Source: Eimeria praecox
Taxonomy: Eukaryota
Assembly: GCA_963920595.1 (NCBI GenBank)
Contig: OY986948.1
Span: forward strand, 4,960,001 to 5,024,000
Reading direction: 5' to 3'
DNA length: 64,000 nucleotides
Below are positions 9,821 to 22,129 of this stretch, piece after piece (position 1 is the first letter of the stretch; the number at the start of each line of letters is the position of its first letter). The notes under the pieces were generated by a model that ran no database searches, was not told the DNA's origin, and was given only the letters and a program-made list of their open reading frames with translations. Both the position numbers and the translations under genes were made by a program.

Positions 9821-12800
9821 CGTGGACGCTGCTGTGTGTCTAGTGGGTGTCTGGGAGGTGTTGTGGAGGGGAGAAGGGGTTGTGCAGTGTTTGGAGTTTG
9901 GGTATTGTTGGGGATGGGGCAAGGCAGAAGGAAGTCAGCGTTTTGGTTTGAGGCGTCAATCGTTCTGCGCCTGCGTGTGTGGAGGTTGTTCTAATTCAGG
10001 AGCCGGTGCGTGTTTGTCAACATGTGTGTACACGTGTTCCTGTGAGGGCGTGGATATTGGGAGTGTGGTAGTTAGTAGAATGATGTGTATGTGCGTGGAC
10101 GCTGCTGTGTGTCTAGTGGGTGTCTGGGAGGTGTTGAGGAGGGGAGAAGGGGTTGTCTAGTGTTTGGAGTTTGGGTATTGTTGGGGATGGGGCAAGGCAG
10201 AGGGAAGTCAGCGTTTTGGTTTGAGGCGTCAATTTCGTCGCGCCTGCGTGTGTGCGGGTTGTTCTAATTCAGGAGCCGGTGCGTGTTTGTCAACGCGTGT
10301 GTACACGTGATGCTGTGAGGGCGTGGATATTGGGAGTGTGGTAGTTAGTAGAATGATGTGTATTTGAGTGGACGCTGCTGTGTGTCTAGTGGGTGTCTGG
10401 GAGGTGTTGTGGAGGGGAGAAGGGGTTGTCTAGTGTTTGGAGTTTGGGTATTGTTGGGGATGGGGCAAGGCAGAGGGAAGTCAGCGTTTTGGTTTGAGGC
10501 GTCAATCTCCTTGCCCCTGCGTGCGTGCGGGTTGTTCTAATTCAGGAGCCGGTGCGTGTTTGTCAACACGTGTGTACACGTGTTCCTGCGAGGGCGTGGA
10601 TATTGGGAGTGTGGTAGTTAGTAGAATGATGTGTATTTGAGTGGACGCTGCTGTGTGTCTAGTGGGTGTCTGGCAGGTGTTGTGGAGGGGAGAAGGGGTT
10701 GTCTAGTGTTTGGAGTTTGGGTATTGTTGGGGATGGGGCAAGGCAGAGGGAAGTCGGCGTTTTGGTTTGAGGCGTCAATTTCGTCGCGCCTGCGTGTGTG
10801 CGGGTTGTTCTAATTCAGGAGCCGGTGCGTGTTTGTCAAGACGTGTGTACACTTGTCTCTGTGAGAGCGTGGGTATTGGGAGTGTGGTAGTTAATAGAAT
10901 GATGTGTATTTGAGTGGATGCTGCTGTGTGTCTAGTGGGTGTCTGGGAGGTGTTGTGGAGGGGAGAAGGGGTTGTCTAGTGTTTGGAGTGTAGGTCGAGT
11001 TGGGGACAGGGCAAGGCAGAGGGAAGTCGGCGTTTTGGTTTGAGGCCCCAATCTCGTTGCGCCTGCGTGTGTGGAGGTTGTTCTAATTCAGGAGCCGGTG
11101 CGTGTTTGTCAAGACGTGTGTACACGTGTTGCTCTGAGGGCGTGGATATTGGGAGTGTGGTAGTTAGTAGAATGATGTGTATTTGAGTGGAGGCTGCTGT
11201 GTGTCTAGTGGGTGTCTGGGAGGTGTTGTGGAGGGGAGAAGGGGTTGTGCAGCGTTTGGAGTTTGGGTATTGTTGGGGATGGGGCAAGGCTGAGGGAAGT
11301 CAGCGTTTTGGTTTGAGGCGTCAATCTCGTTGCGCCTGCGTGCGTGCGGGTTGTTCTAATTCAGGAGCAGGTGCGTGTTTGTCAACACGTGTGTACACGT
11401 GTTCCTGTGAGGGCGTGGATATTGGGAGTGTGGTAGTTAATAGAATGATGTGTATTTGAGTGGACGCTGCTGTGTGTCTAGTGGGTGTCTGGGAGGTGTT
11501 GTGGAGGGGAGAAGGGGTTGTGCAGCGTTTTGAGTTTGGGTATTGTTGGGGATGGGGCAAGGCAGATGGAAGTCAGCATTTTGGTTTGAGGCCTCAGTCG
11601 TTCTGCGCCTGCGTGTGTGGAGGTTGTTCTAATTCAGGAGCAGGTGCGTGTTTGTCAACACGTGTGTACACGTGTTCGTGTGGGGGCATGGAAATTGGGC
11701 GTGTGGTAGTTAGTAGAATGATGTGTATTTGAGTGGACGCTGTTGTGTGTCTAGTGGGTGTCTGGGAGGTGTTGTGGAGGGGAGAAGGGGCTGTCTAGGG
11801 TTTGGAGTTTGGGTATTGTTGGGGATGGGGCAAGGCTGAGGGAAGTCGGCGTTTTGGTTTGAGGCGTCAACCATGTTGCGCCTGCGTGTGTGCGGGTTGT
11901 TCTAACTCAGGAGCAGGTGCGTGTTTGTCAAGACGTGTGTACACGTGTCTCTGTGAAGGGCGTGGATATTGGGAGTGTGGTAGTTAGTAGAATGATGTGT
12001 ATTTGAGTGGACGCTGCTGTGTGTCTAGTGGGTGTCTGGGAGGTGTTGTGGAGGGGAGAAGGGGCTGTCTAGGGTTTGGAGTTTGGGTATTGTTGGGGAT
12101 GGGGCAAGGCAGAGGGAAGTCGGCGTTTTGGTTTGAGGCGTCAATCGCTCTGCGCCTTCGTGTGTGCGGGTTGTTCTAATTCAGGAGCAGGTGCGTGTTT
12201 GTCAACACGTGTGTACACGTGTCTCTGTGAAGGGCGTGGATATTGGGAGTGTGGTAGTTAGTAGAATGATGTGTATTTGCGTGGACGCTGCTGTGTGTCT
12301 AGTGGGTGTCTGGGAGGTGTTGTGGAGGGGAGAAGGGGTTGTGCAGTGTTTGGAGTTTGGGTATTGTTGGGGATGGGGCAAGGCAGAAGGAAGTCAGCGT
12401 TTTGGTTTGAGGCGTCAATCGTTCTGCGCCTGCGTGTGTGGAGGTTGTTCTAATTCAGGAGCCGGTGCGTGTTTGTCAACATGTGTGTACACGTGTTCCT
12501 GTGAGGGCGTGGATATTGGGAGTGTGGTAGTTAGTAGAATGATGTGTATGTGCGTGGACGCTGCTGTGTGTCTAGTGGGTGTCTGGGAGGTGTTGAGGAG
12601 GGGAGAAGGGGTTGTCTAGTGTTTGGAGTTTGGGTATTGTTGGGGATGGGGCAAGGCAGAGGGAAGTCAGCGTTTTGGTTTGAGGCGTCAATTTCGTCGC
12701 GCCTGCGTGTGTGCGGGTTGTTCTAATTCAGGAGCCGGTGCGTGTTTGTCAACGCGTGTGTACACGTGATGCTGTGAGGGCGTGGATATTGGGAGTGTGG

Positions 12801-15800
12801 TAGTTAGTAGAATGATGTGTATTTGAGTGGACGCTGCTGTGTGTCTAGTGGGTGTCTGGGAGGTGTTGTGGAGGGGAGAAGGGGTTGTCTAGTGTTTGGA
12901 GTTTGGGTATTGTTGGGGATGGGGCAAGGCAGAGGGAAGTCAGCGTTTTGGTTTGAGGCGTCGATCTCCTTGCCCCTGCGTGCGTGCGGGTTGTTCTAAT
13001 TCAGGAGCCGGTGCGTGTTTGTCAACACGTGTGTACACGTGTTCCTGCGAGGGCGTGGATATTGGGAGTGTGGTAGTTAGTAGAATGATGTGTATTTGAG
13101 TGGACGCTGCTGTGTGTCTAGTGGGTGTCTGGCAGGTGTTGTGGAGGGGAGAAGGGGTTGTCTAGTGTTTGGAGTTTGGGTATTGTTGGGGATGGGGCAA
13201 GGCAGAGGGAAGTCGGCGTTTTGGTTTGAGGCGTCAATTTCGTCGCGCCTGCGTGTGTGCGGGTTGTTCTAATTCAGGAGCCGGTGCGTGTTTGTCAAGA
13301 CGTGTGTACACTTGTCTCTGTGAGAGCGTGGGTATTGGGAGTGTGGTAGTTAATAGAATGATGTGTATTTGAGTGGATGCTGCTGTGTGTCTAGTGGGTG
13401 TCTGGGAGGTGTTGTGGAGGGGAGAAGGGGTTGTCTAGTGTTTGGAGTGTAGGTCGAGTTGGGGACAGGGCAAGGCAGAGGGAAGTCGGCGTTTTGGTTT
13501 GAGGCCCCAATCTCGTTGCGCCTGCGTGTGTGGAGGTTGTTCTAATTCAGGAGCCGGTGCGTGTTTGTCAAGACGTGTGTACACGTGTTGCTCTGAGGGC
13601 GTGGATATTGGGAGTGTGGTAGTTAGTAGAATGATGTGTATTTGAGTGGAGGCTGCTGTGTGTCTAGTGGGTGTCTGGGAGGTGTTGTGGAGGGGAGAAG
13701 GGGTTGTGCAGCGTTTGGAGTTTGGGTATTGTTGGGGATGGGGCAAGGCTGAGGGAAGTCAGCGTTTTGGTTTGAGGCGTCAATCTCGTTGCGCCTGCGT
13801 GCGTGCGGGTTGTTCTAATTCAGGAGCAGGTGCGTGTTTGTCAACACGTGTGTACACGTGTTCCTGTGAGGGCGTGGATATTGGGAGTGTGGTAGTTAAT
13901 AGAATGATGTGTATTTGAGTGGACGCTGCTGTGTGTCTAGTGGGTGTCTGGGAGGTGTTGTGGAGGGGAGAAGGGGTTGTGCAGCGTTTTGAGTTTGGGT
14001 ATTGTTGGGGATGGGGCAAGGCAGATGGAAGTCAGCATTTTGGTTTGAGGCCTCAGTCGTTCTGCGCCTGCGTGTGTGGAGGTTGTTCTAATTCAGGAGC
14101 AGGTGCGTGTTTGTCAACACGTGTGTACACGTGTTCGTGTGGGGGCATGGAAATTGGGCGTGTGGTAGTTAGTAGAATGATGTGTATTTGAGTGGACGCT
14201 GTTGTGTGTCTAGTGGGTGTCTGGGAGGTGTTGTGGAGGGGAGAAGGGGCTGTCTAGGGTTTGGAGTTTGGGTATTGTTGGGGATGGGGCAAGGCTGAGG
14301 GAAGTCGGCGTTTTGGTTTGAGGCGTCAACCATGTTGCGCCTGCGTGTGTGCGGGTTGTTCTAACTCAGGAGCAGGTGCGTGTTTGTCAAGACGTGTGTA
14401 CACGTGTCTCTGTGAAGGGCGTGGATATTGGGAGTGTGGTAGTTAGTAGAATGATGTGTATTTGAGTGGACGCTGCTGTGTGTCTAGTGGGTGTCTGGGA
14501 GGTGTTGTGGAGGGGAGAAGGGGCTGTCTAGGGTTTGGAGTTTGGGTATTGTTGGGGATGGGGCAAGGCAGAGGGAAGTCGGCGTTTTGGTTTGAGGCGT
14601 CAATCGCTCTGCGCCTTCGTGTGTGCGGGTTGTTCTAATTCAGGAGCAGGTGCGTGTTTGTCAACACGTGTGTACACGTGTCTCTGTGAAGGGCGTGGAT
14701 ATTGGGAGTGTGGTAGTTAGTAGAATGATGTGTATTTGCGTGGACGCTGCTGTGTGTCTAGTGGGTGTCTGGGAGGTGTTGTGGAGGGGAGAAGGGGTTG
14801 TGCAGTGTTTGGAGTTTGGGTATTGTTGGGGATGGGGCAAGGCAGAAGGAAGTCAGCGTTTTGGTTTGAGGCGTCAATCGTTCTGCGCCTGCGTGTGTGG
14901 AGGTTGTTCTAATTCAGGAGCCGGTGCGTGTTTGTCAACATGTGTGTACACGTGTTCCTGTGAGGGCGTGGATATTGGGAGTGTGGTAGTTAGTAGAATG
15001 ATGTGTATGTGCGTGGACGCTGCTGTGTGTCTAGTGGGTGTCTGGGAGGTGTTGAGGAGGGGAGAAGGGGTTGTCTAGTGTTTGGAGTTTGGGTATTGTT
15101 GGGGATGGGGCAAGGCAGAGGGAAGTCAGCGTTTTGGTTTGAGGCGTCAATTTCGTCGCGCCTGCGTGTGTGCGGGTTGTTCTAATTCAGGAGCCGGTGC
15201 GTGTTTGTCAACGCGTGTGTACACGTGATGCTGTGAGGGCGTGGATATTGGGAGTGTGGTAGTTAGTAGAATGATGTGTATTTGAGTGGACGCTGCTGTG
15301 TGTCTAGTGGGTGTCTGGGAGGTGTTGTGGAGGGGAGAAGGGGTTGTGCAGTGTTTGGAGTTTGGGTATTGTTGGGGATGGGGCAAGGCAGAGGGAAGTC
15401 AGCGTTTTGGTTTGAGGCGTCAATCTCCTTGCCCCTGCGTGCGTGCGGGTTGTTCTAATTCAGGAGCCGGTGCGTGTTTGTCAACACGTGTGTACACGTG
15501 TTCCTGCGAGGGCGTGGATATTGGGAGTGTGGTAGTTAGTAGAATGATGTGTATTTGAGTGGACGCTGCTGTGTGTCTAGTGGGTGTCTGGCAGGTGTTG
15601 TGGAGGGGAGAAGGGGTTGTCTAGTGTTTGGAGTTTGGGTATTGTTGGGGATGGGGCAAGGCAGAGGGAAGTCGGCGTTTTGGTTTGAGGCGTCAATTTC
15701 GTCGCGCCTGCGTGTGTGCGGGTTGTTCTAATTCAGGAGCCGGTGCGTGTTTGTCAAGACGTGTGTACACTTGTCTCTGTGAGAGCGTGGGTATTGGGAG

Positions 15801-17305
15801 TGTGGTAGTTAATAGAATGATGTGTATTTGAGTGGATGCTGCTGTGTGTCTAGTGGGTGTCTGGGAGGTGTTGTGGAGGGGAGAAGGGGTTGTCTAGTGT
15901 TTGGAGTGTAGGTCGAGTTGGGGACAGGGCAAGGCAGAGGGAAGTCGGCGTTTTGGTTTGAGGCCCCAATCTCGTTGCGCCTGCGTGTGTGGAGGTTGTT
16001 CTAATTCAGGAGCCGGTGCGTGTTTGTCAAGACGTGTGTACACGTGTTGCTCTGAGGGCGTGGATATTGGGAGTGTGGTAGTTAGTAGAATGATGTGTAT
16101 TTGAGTGGAGGCTGCTGTGTGTCTAGTGGGTGTCTGGGAGGTGTTGTGGAGGGGAGAAGGGGTTGTGCAGCGTTTGGAGTTTGGGTATTGTTGGGGATGG
16201 GGCAAGGCTGAGGGAAGTCAGCGTTTTGGTTTGAGGCGTCAATCTCGTTGCGCCTGCGTGCGTGCGGGTTGTTCTAATTCAGGAGCAGGTGCGTGTTTGT
16301 CAACACGTGTGTACACGTGTTCCTGTGAGGGCGTGGATATTGGGAGTGTGGTAGTTAATAGAATGATGTGTATTTGAGTGGACGCTGCTGTGTGTCTAGT
16401 GGGTGTCTGGGAGGTGTTGTGGAGGGGAGAAGGGGTTGTGCAGCGTTTTGAGTTTGGGTATTGTTGGGGATGGGGCAAGGCAGATGGAAGTCAGCATTTT
16501 GGTTTGAGGCCTCAGTCGTTCTGCGCCTGCGTGTGTGGAGGTTGTTCTAATTCAGGAGCAGGTGCGTGTTTGTCAACACGTGTGTACACGTGTTCGTGTG
16601 GGGGCATGGAAATTGGGCGTGTGGTAGTTAGTAGAATGATGTGTATTTGAGTGGACGCTGTTGTGTGTCTAGTGGGTGTCTGGGAGGTGTTGTGGAGGGG
16701 AGAAGGGGCTGTCTAGGGTTTGGAGTTTGGGTATTGTTGGGGATGGGGCAAGGCTGAGGGAAGTCGGCGTTTTGGTTTGAGGCGTCAACCATGTTGCGCC
16801 TGCGTGTGTGCGGGTTGTTCTAACTCAGGAGCCGGTGCGTGTTTGTCAAGACGTGTGTACACGTGTCTCTGTGAAGGGCGTGGATATTGGGAGTGTGGTA
16901 GTTAGTAGAATGATGTGTATTTGAGTGGACGCTGCTGTGTGTCTAGTGGGTGTCTGGGAGGTGTTGTGGAGGGGAGAAGGGGCTGTCTAGGGTTTGGAGT
17001 TTGGGTATTGTTGGGGATGGGGCAAGGCAGAGGGAAGTCGGCGTTTTGGTTTGAGGCGTCAATCGCTCTGCGCCTTCGTGTGTGCGGGTTGTTCTAATTC
17101 AGGAGCAGGTGCGTGTTTGTCAACACGTGTGTACACGTGTCTCTGTGAAGGGCGTGGATATTGGGAGTGTGGTAGTTAGTAGAATGATGTGTATTTGCGT
17201 GGACGCTGCTGTGTGTCTAGTGGGTGTCTGGGAGGTGTTGTGGAGGGGAGAAGGGGTTGTGCAGTGTTTGGAGTTTGGGTATTGTTGGGGATGGGGCAAG
17301 GCAGA
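9821..17305 (+). repeat. Higher-order repeat, 9 monomers (2459 bp), 3 near-identical copies
   Basis: ORF triplets at +2459: 10085/12544/15003, 10983/13442/15901, 11460/13919/16378, 11997/14456/16915. The marker tctaactcag occurs at ~11901, ~14360 and ~16819. Confidence 0.95.
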
Positions 17306-17544
17306 TGGAAGTCAGCGTTTTGGTTTGAGGCCTCAGTCGTTCTGCGCCTGCGAGTGTGAGGGTTTGTTCTAATTCAGGAGCCGGTGCGTGTTTGTCAACA
17401 CGTGTGTACACGTGTTGCTGTGAGGGCGTGGATATTGGGAGTGTGGTAGTTAGTAGAATGATGTGTATTTGCGTGGACGCTGCTGTGTGTCTAGTGGGTG
17501 TCTGGGAGGTGTTGTGGAGGGGAGAAGGGGTTGTCTAGCGTTTG

Positions 17545-19200
17545 GAGTTTGGGTATTGTTGGGGATGGGGCAAGGCAGAGGGAAGTCAGCGTTTTGGTTT
17601 GAGGCGTCAATTTCGTCGCGCCTGCGTGCGTGCGGGTTGTTCTAATTCAGGAGCCGGTGCGTGTTTGTCAACACGTGTGTAGACGTGTTGCTGTGAGGGC
17701 GTGGATATTGGGCGTGTGGTAGTTAGTAGAATGATGTGTATTTGCGTGGACGCTGCTGTGTGTCTAGTGGGTGTCTGGGAGGTGTTGTGGAGGGGAGAAG
17801 GGGCTGTCTAGGGTTTGGAGTTTGGGTATTGTAGGGGATGGGGCAAGGCAGAGGGAAGTCAGCATTTTGGTTTGAGGCGTCAACCTCGTTGCGCCTGCGT
17901 GTGTGGAGGTTGTTCTAATTCAGGAGCAGGTGCGTGTTTGTCAAGACGTGTGTACACGTGTTCGTGTGGGGGCATGGAAATTGGGAGTGTGGTAGTTAGT
18001 AGAATGATGTGTATTTGAGTGGAGGCTGCTGTGTGTCTAGTGGGTGTCTGGGAGGTGTTGAGGAGGGGAGAAGGGGTTGTGCAGTGTTTGGAGTTTGGGT
18101 ATTGTTGGGGATGGGGCAAGGCAGAAGGGAGTCAGCGTTTTGGTTTGAGGCGTCAATCGTTCTTCGCCTGCGTGTGTGGAGGTTGTTCTAATTCAGGAGC
18201 CGGTGCGTGTTTGTCAACACGTGTGTGCACGTGTCTCTGTGAGGGCGTGGATATTGGGAGTGTGGTAGTTAATAGAATGATGTGTATTTGCGTGGACGCT
18301 GCTGTGTGTCTAGTGGGTGTCTGGGAGGTGTTGTGGAGGGGAGAAGGGGCTGTCTAGGGTTTGGAGTTTGGGTATTGTTGGGGATGGGGCAAGGCAGAGG
18401 GAAGTCAGCGTTTTGGTTTGAGGCGTCAATTTCGTCGCGCCTGCGTGCGTGCGGGTTGTTCTAATTCAGGAGCCGGTGCGTGTTTGTCAACACGTGTGTA
18501 CACGTGTTGCTGTGAGGGCGTGGATATTGGGCGTGTGGTAGTTAGTAGAATGATGTGTATTTGCGTGGACGCTGCTGTGTGTCTAGTGGGTGTCTGGGAG
18601 GTGTTGTGGAGGGGAGAAGGGGCTGTCTAGGGTTTGGAGTTTGGGTATTGTAGGGGATGGGGCAAGGCAGAGGGAAGTCAGCATTTTGGTTTGAGGCGTC
18701 AACCTCGTTGCGCCTGCGTGTGTGGAGGTTGTTCTAATTCAGGAGCAGGTGCGTGTTTGTCAAGACGTGTGTACACGTGTTCGTGTGGGGGCATGGAAAT
18801 TGGGAGTGTGGTAGTTAGTAGAATGATGTGTATTTGAGTGGAGGCTGCTGTGTGTCTAGTGGGTGTCTGGGAGGTGTTGAGGAGGGGAGAAGGGGTTGTG
18901 CAGTGTTTGGAGTTTGGGTATTGTTGGGGATGGGGCAAGGCAGAAGGAAGTCAGCGTTTTGGTTTGAGGCGTCAATCGTTCTTCGCCTGCGTGTGTGGAG
19001 GTTGTTCTAATTCAGGAGCCGGTGCGTGTTTGTCAACACGTGTGTGCACGTGTCTCTGTGAGGGCGTGGATATTGGGAGTGTGGTAGTTAATAGAATGAT
19101 GTGTATTTGCGTGGACGCTGCTGTGTGTCTAGTGGGTGTCTGGGAGGTGTTGTGGAGGGGAGAAGGGGCTGTCTAGGGTTTGGAGTTTGGGTATTGTTGG
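17545..19200 (+). repeat. Local higher-order repeat, 3 monomers (819 bp), 2 copies
   Basis: ORF pairs 17815/18634 and 18019/18838. Shared variants ttcttcgcc and gtgtgcacgtg. Confidence 0.85.
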
Positions 19201-22129
19201 GGATGGGGCAAGGCTGAGGGAAGTCGGCGTTTTGGTTTGAGGCGTCAACCATGTTGCGCCTGCGTGTGTGCGGGTTGTTCTAATTCAGGAGCCGGTGCGT
19301 GTTTGTCAAGACGTGTGTACACGTGTCTCTGTGAAGGGCGTGGATATTGGGAGTGTGGTAGTTAGTAGAATGATGTGTATGTGCGTGGACGCTGCTGTGT
19401 GTCTAGTGGGTGTCTGGGAGGTGTTGTGGAGGGGAGAAGGGGTTGTGCAGTGTTTGGAGTTTGGGTATTGTTGGGGATGGGGCAAGGCAGATGGAAGTCA
19501 GCGCTTTGGTTTGAGGCCTCAGTCGTTCTGCGCCTGCGTGTGTGCGGGTTGTTCTAATTCAGGAGCCGGTGCGTGTTTGTCAACACGTGTGTACACGTGT
19601 TCCTGCGAGGGCGTGGATATTGGGAGTGTGGTAGTTAGTAGAATGATGTGTATTTGAGTGGACGCTGCTGTGTGTCTAGTGGGTGTCTGGCAGGTGTTGT
19701 GGAGGGGAGAAGGGGTTGTCTAGTGTTTGGAGTTTGGGTATTGTTGGGGATGGGGCAAGGCAGAGGGAAGTCGGCGTTTTGGTTTGAGGCGTCAATTTCG
19801 TCGCGCCTGCGTGTGTGCGGGTTGTTCTAATTCAGGAGCCGGTGCGTGTTTGTCAACACGTGTGTACACGTGTTTCTGTGAAGGGCGTGGATATTGGGAG
19901 TGTGGTAGTTAGTAGAATGATGTGTATGTGCGTGGACGCTGCTGTGTGTCTAGTGGGTGTCTGGGAGGTGTTGTGGAGGGGAGAAGGGGTTGTGCAGTGT
20001 TTGGAGTTTGGGTATTGTTGGGGATGGGGCAAGGCAGATGGAAGTCAGCGCTTTGGTTTGAGGCCTCAGTCGTTCTGCGCCTGCGTGTGTGGGGGTTGTT
20101 CTAATTCAGGAGCCGGTGCGTGTTTGTCAACACGTGTGTACACGTGTCTCTGTGAGGGCGTGGATATTGGGAGTGTGGTAGTTAGTAGAATGATGTGTAT
20201 TTGCGTGGACGCTGCTGTGTGTCTAGTGGGTGTCTGGGAGGTGTTGTGGAGGGGAGAAGGGGCTGTCTAGGGTTTGGAGTTTGGGTATTGTTGGGGATGG
20301 GGCAAGGCAGAGGGAAGTCAGCATTTTGGTTTGAGGCGTCAACCTCGTTGCGCCTGCGTGTGTGGAGGTTGTTCTAATTCAGGAGCAGGTGCGTGTTTGT
20401 CAACACGTGTGTACACGTGTTCGTGTGGGGGCATGGAAATTGGGAGTGTGGTAGTTAGTAGAATGATGTGTATTTGAGTGGAGGCTGCTGTGTGTCTAGT
20501 GGGTGTCTGGGAGGTGTTGAGGAGAGGAGAAGGGGTTGTGCAGTGTTTGGAGTTTGGGTATTGTTGGGGATGGGGCAAGGCAGAGGGAAGTCAGCATTTT
20601 GGTTTGAGGCGTCAACCTCGTTGCGCCTGCGTGTGTGGAGGTTGTTCTAATTCAGGAGCAGGTGCGTGTTTGTCAAGACGTGTGTACACGTGTTCGTGTG
20701 GGGGCATGGAAATTGGGAGTGTGGTAGTTAGTAGAATGATGTGTATTTGAGTGGAGGCTGCTGTGTGTCTAGTGGGTGTCTGGGAGGTGTTGTGGAGGGG
20801 AGAAGGGGTTGTGCAGCGTTTGGAGTTTGGGTATTGTTGGGGATGGGGCAAGGCAGAGGGAAGTCAGCATTTTGGTTTGAGGCCTCAGCCGTTCTGCGAC
20901 TGCGTGTGTGGAGGTTGTTCTAATTCAGGAGCCGGTGCGTGTTTGTCAACACGTGTGTACACGTGTTCGTGTGGGGGCATGGAAATTGGGCGTGTGGTAG
21001 TTAGTAGAATGATGTGTATTTGAGTGGACGCTGTTGTGTGTCTAGTGGGTGTCTGGGAGGTGTTGTGGAGGGGAGAAGGGGCTGTCTAGGGTTTGGAGTT
21101 TGGGTATTGTTGGGGATGGGGCAAGGCTGAGGGAAGTCGGCGTTTTGGTTTGAGGCGTCAACCATGTTGCGCCTGCGTGTGTGCGGGTTGTTCTAATTCA
21201 GGAGCCGGTGCGTGTTTGTCAAGACGTGTGTACACGTGTCTCTGTGAAGGGCGTGGATATTGGGAGTGTGGTAGTTAGTAGAATGATGTGTATGTGCGTG
21301 GACGCTGCTGTGTGTCTAGTGGGTGTCTGGGAGGTGTTGTGGAGGGGAGAAGGGGTTGTGCAATGTTTGGAGTTTGGGTATTGTTGGGGATGGGGCAAGG
21401 CAGATGGAAGTCAGCGCTTTGGTTTGAGGCCTCAGTCGTTCTGCGCCTGCGTGTGTGGGGGTTGTTCTAATTCAGGAGCCGGTGCGTGTTTGTCAACACG
21501 TGTGTACACGTGTCTCTGCGAGGGCGTGGATATTGGGAGTGTGGTAGTTAGTAGAATGATGTGTATTTGCGTGGACGGTGCTGTGTGTCTAGTGGGTGTC
21601 TGGGAGGTGTTGTGGAGGGGAGAAGGGGTTGTGCAACGTTTGGAGTTTGGGTATTGTTGGGGATGGGGCAAGGCAGAGGGAAGTCAGCATTTTGGTTTGA
21701 GGCGTCAACCTCGTTGCGCCTGCGTGTGTGGAGGTTGTTCTAATTCAGGAGCAAGTGCGTGTTTGTCAACACGTGTGTACACGTGTTCGTGTGGGGGCAT
21801 GGAAATTGGGAGTGTGGTAGTTAGTAGAATGATGTGTATTTGAGTGGAGGCTGCTGTGTGTCTAGTGGGTGTCTGGGAGGTGTTGTGGAGGGGAGAAGGG
21901 GTTGTGCAGCGTTTGGAGTTTGGGTATTGTTGGGGATGGGGCAAGGCTGAGGGAAGTCAGCATTTTGGTTTGAGGCCTCAGCCGTTCTGCGACTGCGTGT
22001 GTGGAGGTTGTTCTAATTCAGGAGCAGGTGCGTGTTTGTCAACACGTGTGTACACGTGTTCGTGTGGGGGCATGGAAATTGGGCGTGTGGTAGTTAGTAG
22101 AATGATGTGTATTTGAGTGGAGGCTGTTG

